DNA from: Octopus sinensis | Taxonomy: Eukaryota | Direction of reading: 5' to 3' | NCBI RefSeq assembly: GCF_006345805.1 | Contig: NW_021825098.1 | Span: 1-16,119, forward strand | DNA length: 16,119 nt | Shown: piece after piece, positions 8,716-16,119 of the stretch | How positions within the stretch are numbered: position 1 is the first letter of the stretch | How the letters are laid out: each line of letters starts with the position of its first letter | Notes under the pieces: model-generated | What the model was told of the DNA's origin: nothing | The model's database searches: none | Seen by the model: the letters and a program-made list of their open reading frames with translations, nothing else | Program-made: the position numbers and the translations under genes

Positions 8716-9850
8716 TACTACTACCAGTACAACAACGATACTGACCACACAGACTACCACCAATACAGAAAAACTAATACTACAGCATAAACACAGCAGA
8801 CTAACATCACAAACACAAACTACAACCGGCGCCACTACAACACTTGTAGCACCTTAAAATAACGATCCTAACCATGCGAACTACCACCGATACAACTATG
8901 GCAAACCACCTCCACAAACCTATACTACCACCGGCGCCACTACAACATTTGTACCACGTGTATCAGCGACATTAACCACGCAAACTATCGCCATTACAAT
9001 AATACTAAGTAATACTATAACATAAACACTGCAGGCTAATACCACAAGTACATACTACTACCAGCACCACAACGACACGTGTACCACTAATAACAGCAAC
9101 ACTGACCACGCAAACTACCACCAATACCACAGTAGTAAATAATACTATAACATAGACACTGCAGGCTAATACCACAAGCGCATACTACAACCAGCACTAC
9201 AACGACACGTGTACCACTAATAACAGCAACACTGACCACGCAAACTACCACCAATACCACAGTAGTAAATAATACTATAACATAGACACTGCAGGCTAAT
9301 ACCACAAGCGCATACTACAACCAGCACTACAACGACAAGTTGACACTAATAACAGCAACACTGACCACGCAAATACACACCAATACCACAGTAGTAAATA
9401 ATACTATAAACATAGGACACTGCAGGCTTAATACAAAAGCGCATACTAAACCAGCCTACAACGACACGTGTACCACTAATAACAGCAACACTGACCACGC
9501 AAACTACACCAATACAGTAGTAGAAATATACTCTATAACATAGACACTGCAGGCAATACCACAAGCACATACTACTACCAGACACAACGATACGGTACCA
9601 CTAAAATAACAGCAAACACTGGACCAACGCCAAACTACCACCAATACTACAGTAGTAAATAATACTAACATAGACACTGCAGGCTAATACCACAAGCACA
9701 TACTACTACCAGCACTACAACGATACGTGTACCACTAATAACAGCAACACTGACCACGCAAACTACCACCGATACTACAGTAGTAAATAATACTACAACA
9801 TAAACACTGCAAACATCACCACAGATAAACGATACTGCCTCCAGTACTAC
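8715..9850. repeat. 130-bp tandem repeat, ~7 recognisable copies plus degenerate upstream copies
   Basis: GTACCAC anchors at 8951, 9081, 9211. CATARACACTGCA anchors have the TAR at 9023, 9153, 9283, 9413, 9541, 9671, 9801 (spacing 128-130). Confidence 0.93.
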
Positions 9851-9884
9851 AATGAAAATACCATCAGTAACTGTACACACGTCA

Positions 9885-10500
9885 GCGCCACCAGCATCAC
9901 CATGACCAGCTCACCATGACCACCACCACCGAAGGAACCAACATCCCCACCACGCGCTCACCATGACCACCACCACCGAAGGAACCAACAACGGCCAGCG
10001 GCAAGGAGAACAGCAGAAACGGGTGCAAGTCGGGAGCACATGAGCAAAACACCCCCCCACCACCACGCGCTCACCACCGAACAGCAGAAACGGGTGCAAG
10101 TCGGGAGCACATGAGCAAAACACCCCCCACCACCACGCGCTCAGCATGACCACCACCACCGAAGGAACCAACATCCCACCACGCGCTCACCATGACCATC
10201 ACCACCACGCGAAGGAACCACAAAACAAAGAGAACGGCGAACAGAAACCGGGGACGTCGAAACGGGGTGTGAAGTCGGGGAGCACATGAGCAAACGCGCT
10301 CACCATGACCACCACCACCGAACAGCAGAAACGGGACCGTCGAAACGGGTGCAAGTCGGGAGCACATGAGCAAACGCGCTCACCATGACCACCACCACCG
10401 AACAGCAGAAACGGGACCGTCGAAACGGGTGCAAGTCGGGAGCACATGAGCAAAACACCCCCACCACCACCACCACGCGTCACCACCGCCGCCACCACCA
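9885..10500. repeat. GC-rich modular tandem repeat with two identical 80-bp units (10291-10370, 10371-10450)
   Basis: Modules GCTCACCATGACCACCACCACCGAA, GGAACCAACA, CAGCAGAAACGG[GACCGTCGAAACGG]GTGCAAGTCGGGAGCACATGAGCAAA and ACACCCCC(CAC)n recur in varying order. Confidence 0.92.
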
Positions 10501-10580
10501 TCGTGAGTACGAAACGACGCGGACCCATTGCTCTCATTATCATCATCATTATCATTGAAATAGCCAGCAACGTGTGTGTG

Positions 10581-10620
<40 letters not shown>

Positions 10621-10830
10621 CGAATATATACAGAGATACACACACGTGTGTATACTTAGAGATTTCTTTTTCTTTCTGCAAGAAGCCAAAACGATGAAAA
10701 TTGTTAAATGTCTGGTTGTATCGTTCCCCTCAGTAGAGAGAAAAAACCCCCAGAATACCACACACACATATACACACCTATTTGTTTATACATATATAGA
10801 CACAGAAGGATAGAGAAACAAGGATATACA

Positions 10831-11169
10831 CACACTTATACATATATACACTTATATACACACATACATATACACTTATATACAAACATACATACACACA
10901 CACACATATATATATATATACACTTATATACACACATACATATATATATATATATACTATATATATATATACAATTATATAACACATAACATTATATATA
11001 TTATATCTATATACACTTATATACACACATAAATATAATATATATATATATACACTTATATACACACATACATAATATATATATATATACTTAATATACA
11101 CACATAACTATATAGATATATATTTACTTATATACACAAATACATATATATATATATATACACTTATAT

Positions 11170-11203
<34 letters not shown>

Positions 11204-11250
11204 TTATATACACACATAATATACACTTATATACACACATACACACATAC
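10831..11250. repeat. Microsatellite-derived minisatellite anchored on CACTTATATACACACATA with variable (AT)n linkers, ~10 copies
   Basis: Anchor or close variant recurs near 10833, 10849, 10873, 10921, 11013, 11053, 11161, 11201 and 11224. Confidence 0.85.
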
Positions 11251-11348
11251 ATATATATATACACAAAACATATAACACACCATATTATATATTGATATAC
11301 AAATTTTATAGATGTACATGCGTGTATATATATATATATGTGTGTGGG

Positions 11349-11383
<35 letters not shown>

Positions 11384-11876
11384 TATAATATAGATAGATA
11401 CATACATACATATATACATACATACATATATATATATACATGTGTGTGTAAACATATGTATGCTTGTCCTGGACATAAGCAAAACATACACCTGCAGACA
11501 CACGCACCCACACACACACGTACATATATTCATATATATGTAATCAAGTCTGTGTATATGTATATATATAGTTAGATGTGTGCGTGTGTGTGTAATTAAT
11601 ATACGCTGTATTCACTCTCAAGTACTAACAACAAACATTTCGCGTAGATACGCCAGTTAGGCAAATACCTATACACACACATACACACACACACACACAT
11701 ATATTTATACATATATCTACATATATATATACACATACGTAGGGCAAATATGTACCTCAGTACACACACATGCATATATATATATGTATATGTATCTATG
11801 AGTGTGTGTCCGTGTGTGCGTAGACGTCCGAAGCCGGACGTCTATTTCGACTTTTGTGCGTCAGATGAACTCCGTT

Positions 11877-11910
<34 letters not shown>

Positions 11911-12377
11911 GTGTGTGTGAGTTCATCTATCTATCTATCTATCTATCTATCCATCTCTCTACCCACACACATACATACATACATACATATATATGTATAT
12001 GTATTTATATATATATATATATATTATATATATATATATATAAACACATCACCTATAAAGATCTTCTAAGTACGCTGACACAATACTCGTGAGAGGTAAT
12101 ACCGTAGATGTGTGTGTGTGTGCGCTTGTGTACCATCTGTGTGTGTGTGTGTGTGTGCCTCTGTTTGTGTGTGTGTGTGTCAGACAAACTAACATGCCGA
12201 AACATAACTGCATGTATGTATGTATATATATATTATATATAATGTTCTTATATAGGGATAGAGAGAAAGAAAAGCAAGAAAACACAACTAAATATTTTTT
12301 ACTTAGACAGTATAGAGAGGAAAGCAAAGATACAAAACACACACACACACATATATGTATATTTATCTCTCTCTCTC

Positions 12378-12440
<63 letters not shown>

Positions 12441-12450
12441 TACAGACAAT

Positions 12451-12493
<43 letters not shown>

Positions 12494-12584
12494 CATACAC
12501 ACAATATATATATATAATATCTATATATATAAACTGACCCACACGTAACAGAGAACGAAGGTAAGAAAGGAACTCTTAAAACTC

Positions 12585-12631
<47 letters not shown>

Positions 12632-12735
12632 CTAATGTGTTATACTTATATAGAAAAGAGAAATCTAAGCAGACGCAATATATATTATATATATATATAT
12701 ATATATACACGCACCATACACACGCAGGTACATCA

Positions 12736-12770
<35 letters not shown>

Positions 12771-13068
12771 CATACATCTACGTTTTCTCTATACATAAAT
12801 ATATTTAAACACCTAGACGATCACACACGCAAACATACATACCCGCAAAAATATACAAATATATAAATTTATACACACACAAACACAGACACACATATAT
12901 ATCTTTATATATACCTATACATCTCTATACATGTTATATATATATATATATCCATATACAAAAATTATTCTGCATAAGAAATAAATATTTTACAAAAATT
13001 ATAAAAGAAAAACATTTATCATCATCAACATTATACATACATACAAATCTACACACATACATATATAC

Positions 13069-13128
<60 letters not shown>

Positions 13129-13135
13129 ATATATC
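11250..13135. repeat. Microsatellite field: (AT)n, (AC)n, (GT)n, (CT)n, (ATCT)n with short unique linkers
   Basis: Runs read directly, e.g. (ATCT)n at ~11926-11950 and (CT)n followed by (AT)n at ~12365-12440. Confidence 0.93.
11821..11844. other. Isolated GC-rich perfect hairpin, 10-bp stem, AAGC loop
   Basis: TAGACGTCCG-AAGC-CGGACGTCTA. Confidence 0.95.
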
Positions 13136-13224
13136 ACATACCATGGTCATTTTCCGTAGTGCGAGCAATACGCCCGTATCCTACTTTGGATGCCACAGAG
13201 CACTTTTTTCTCAACACCGTTACT

Positions 13225-13455
13225 TAGTAGTAGTAGTAGCAGTGGTGGTGGTGGTGGTAGTAGTAGTAAGAGCAAAATCGTAGTTGTGATAGTAAAAGTA
13301 GCGGTAGTAGTAGTAGTAATAGTAGTAGTAATCGTAGTGGTGGTGGTGGTGGTAGTCGTAGCGATAGCCTCCTGTTGTTTTATGTGTTGTTGTTGTTTTT
13401 GTTTGTTCTTGTAGTTGTTTCCCCTTGTTTGTTGTCGTTGTTGTTGTTGTTGTTT
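13225..13455. repeat. (GTA)n/(GTG)n/(GTT)n triplet microsatellite block
   Basis: AGTAGTAGT, GTGGTGGTG and GTTGTTGTT runs. Confidence 0.93.
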
Positions 13456-13499
13456 TTTTGCGTTGTTGGCCTTTTCTGTAAGTTTCGCCTTTTTTTGTT

Positions 13500-16119
13500 G
13501 TTCTTTTTTCCTTCCTTTCATTCTTCCGTCTTTCTTTCATTCTTCTTATTTCGTTTTTTCGTCGTCTCTCGTTCTTTCTGCTTTCGTTTTTACTTTCTTT
13601 CAATCTTGTCTTCTTTCATTCTTCTTTCATTCTCACTGACTTTCATTCTTTTTTCCTTTTTTCATCCTTTCATTCTTCTTTCGTATTGTCTTTCGCTCTT
13701 ACTGACTTTCATTCTTTCTCGCTTTCTTCTTTCGTTCTTATCGCCTTTCTTTCATTCATTCTTCCTTTCGTTCTTACTACATTTCATTCTTCTTTCGTTC
13801 TTACTTTCTTTCACTCTTTCTTTCGTTCTTACTTTCTTTCACTCTTTCTTTCGTTCTCACTACATTTCATTCTTCTTTCGTTCTTACTACATTTCATTCT
13901 TCTTTCGTTCTTACTTTCTTTCGTTCTTACTACATTTCTCTCTTTCTCTATTCCTCTCCAATCTTTTCTTTTCTTTCTCTCCTACCTTTCTTTCATTCTT
14001 CTTTCGTTCTTACTGTCTTTCAATCTTGTCTTCTTTCATTCTTTCTTTCTTCCCGTCTTTCTTTCATTCTTCTTCTTTCGTTTTTTCATCGTCTCTCGTT
14101 CTTTTTGCTTTCGTTTTTACTTTCTTTCAATCTTGTCTTATTTCATTCTTTTTCTTCCTTTTTTCATCCTTTCTTTCGTTTTTACGTTTTCATTCTTCTT
14201 TCGCTCTTACTGACTTTCATTCTTTCTCTCTTTCTTCTTTCGTTCTTACTACCGTTTTTACCGTCTTTCAATCTTCTTTCGTTCTTACTGTCTTTCATTC
14301 TTCTTTCATTCTCACTGACTTTCATTCTTTTTTCCTTTTTTCATCCTTTCTTTCATTCTTCTTTCGTATTGTCTTTCGCTCTTACTGTCTTTCATTCTTT
14401 CTCTCTTTCTTCTTTCGTTCTTACTACCGTTTTTACCGTCTTTCATTCTTCTTTCGTTCTTACTGTCTTTCATTCTTCTTTCATTCTCACTGACTTTCAT
14501 TCTTTTTTCCTTTTTTCATCCTTTTATTCTTCTTTCGTATTGTCTTTCGCTCTTACTGACTTTCATTCTTTCTCGCTTTCTTCTTTCGTTCTTATTGCCT
14601 TTCTTTCATTCATTCTTCCTTTCGTTCTTACTTTCTTTCACTCTTTCTTTCGTTCTTACTACATTTCTCTCTTTCTCTATTCCTCTCCAATCTTTTCTTT
14701 TCTTTCTCTCCTACCTTTCTTTCATTCTTCTTTCGTTCTTACTGTCTTTCTTTCATTCTTCTTTCGTTCTTACTGTCTTTCTTTCATTCTTCTTTCGTTC
14801 TTACTGTCTTTCTTTCATTCTTCTTTCGTTCTTACTATCTTTCTTTCATTCTTCTTTCATCCTTACTATCTTTCTTTCATTCTTACTGTCTTTCATTCTT
14901 TTTCGTTTTTACCGTCTTTCATTCTCCTTTCGTATTGTCTTTCGCTCTTACTAACTTTCATTCTCTCTTTCTTCTTTCGTTCTTGCCTTTCTTTCATTCA
15001 TTCTTTCTTTCTTTCGTTCTTGCTGCCTTCCTCTCTTTCTTCCTCTCTTCTTCCGTTCTCACTACCTTTCATTCTTTTTCGTTTTTACCGTCTTTCACTC
15101 TTTCTTTCGTTCTTACTACATTTCTCTCTTTCTCTATTCCTCTCCAATCTTTTCTTTTCTTTCTCTTCCTACCTTTCTTTCATTCTTCTTTCGTTCTTAC
15201 TACATTTCTCTCTTTCTCTATTCCTCTCCAATCTTTTCTTTTCTTTCTCTTCCTACCTTTCTTCTCATTCTTCTTTCGTTCTTACTACATTTCTCTCTTT
15301 CTCTATTCCTCTCTCCAATCTTTTCTTTTCTTTTCTTTCTCTTCCTACCTTTCTTTCATTCTTCTTTCGTTCTTACTTTCTTTCGTTCTTACTACATTTC
15401 TCTCTTTCTCTATTCCTCTCCAATCTTTTCTGTTCTTTCTCTTCCTACCTTTCTTTCATTCTTCTTTCGTTCTTACTTTCTTTCGTTCTTACTACATTTC
15501 TCTCTTTCTCTATTCCTCTCCAATCTTTTCTTTTCTTTCTCTTCCTACCTTTCTTTCATTCTTCTTTCGTTCTTACTGTCTCTCTTTCAGTGTTCTTTCA
15601 TTCTTAATGTCTTTCATTCTTACTGTCTTTCATTCTCACTGTCTTTCTTTCATTCTTTTATTCTTACTGTCTTTCTTTCAGCCTGCTTTCATTTACATCT
15701 TTCTTTCATTCTTCTTTCATTCTTACAGTCTTTCTTTCATTCTTACTGTCCTTCTTTCATTCTTCTTTCATTCTTACTGTCTTTCTTTCATTCTTCTTTC
15801 ATTCTTACAGTCTTTCTTTCATTCTTACTGTCCTTCTTTCAGTCTTCTTTCATTCTTACTGTCTTTCATTCATCTTCCATTCTTATTGTCTGTCTTTCTT
15901 TCGTTCTTACTATCTTTCATTCTTTCTTCTTTCGTTCTTACTATCTAATTCTTTCATTCTTACTTTCTTTCATTCTTCTTTCATTCTTACTATCTTTCTT
16001 TCATTCTTCTTTCATTCTTAGGTTTTTCTTTCAATCTTTTATTTTTACACTCTTTCTTTCATTCATCTTTCGTTCTCACTGTCTTTCATACTGTCTTTCA
16101 TTCTTCTTTCATTCTTACA
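13500..16119. repeat. Long pyrimidine-rich (C/T) satellite with nested higher-order duplications; runs off the window edge
   Basis: Built from the words TTCTTTCATTC, TTCTTTCGTTC, TTACT(G/A). An ~84-100-bp unit (ACTACATTTCTCTCTTTCTCTATTCCTCTCCAATC...) occurs at 13929, 14658, 15115, 15199, 15284, 15391, 15491. A ~171-175-bp unit is anchored on TCGCTCTTACTG at 14201, 14376, 14547. Confidence 0.95.

Noticed and set aside
10330-10520. Hammerhead-like fragments ACGGGACCGTCGAAAC and CGTGAGTACGAAAC
   Set aside because: They resemble stem II plus GAAAC, but the upstream CUGANGA core and a valid stem III with cleavage triplet are missing.
12548-12566. Donor-like AAG|GTAAGA
   Set aside because: No credible acceptor or exon lies upstream, and isolated donor matches are expected by chance in 16 kb.
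43-13414. ORFs rich in YI/CV/HT/LS/RE dipeptides or poly-V/T/H listed in the track
   Set aside because: These are direct translations of (AT)n, (GT)n, (AC)n, (CT)n and triplet microsatellites, with no domain content.
13375-15948. Long F/S/L-rich ORFs (372, 500, 337 aa) as membrane proteins
   Set aside because: The pyrimidine-rich strand rarely forms stop codons, and overlapping frames are open at once, so these are compositional artefacts.

Overview
Eukaryotic (animal) non-coding DNA that is extremely rich in microsatellites. One 39-nt segment resembles, from memory only, an abundant Octopus interspersed repeat, so a cephalopod origin is plausible but unverified. No protein-coding gene, RNA gene or CRISPR array can be supported; the listed ORFs come from stop-poor simple repeats. 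The main structure is a ~5 kb compound tandem array (1131-6125) of ~100-bp units in two families. Type 1 (96-100 bp, core YAGACGTGATGGTCACG) decays rightwards into type 2 (91-107 bp core units, core GAGCCAATGAGGGAGACCTCTACATGGTAGCTAGATCTGGTAGAAATAGCAGC-AAATCTCCCTCAAATC, separated by TA/TG microsatellite linkers). Both families carry hairpins with some compensatory changes and form several higher-order repeats (200, 266, 194, ~500 bp). A ~357-bp insertion in the type-2 array carries a stray type-1 monomer and a perfect 13-bp hairpin. Further right are a 130-bp Thr-codon-rich repeat (43 codons incl. a stop, plus 1 nt), a modular GC-rich 80-bp repeat, an isolated 10-bp-stem hairpin and a 2.6-kb hierarchical pyrimidine satellite. 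Repeat geometry was read directly from the sequence; all functional interpretations are hypotheses.
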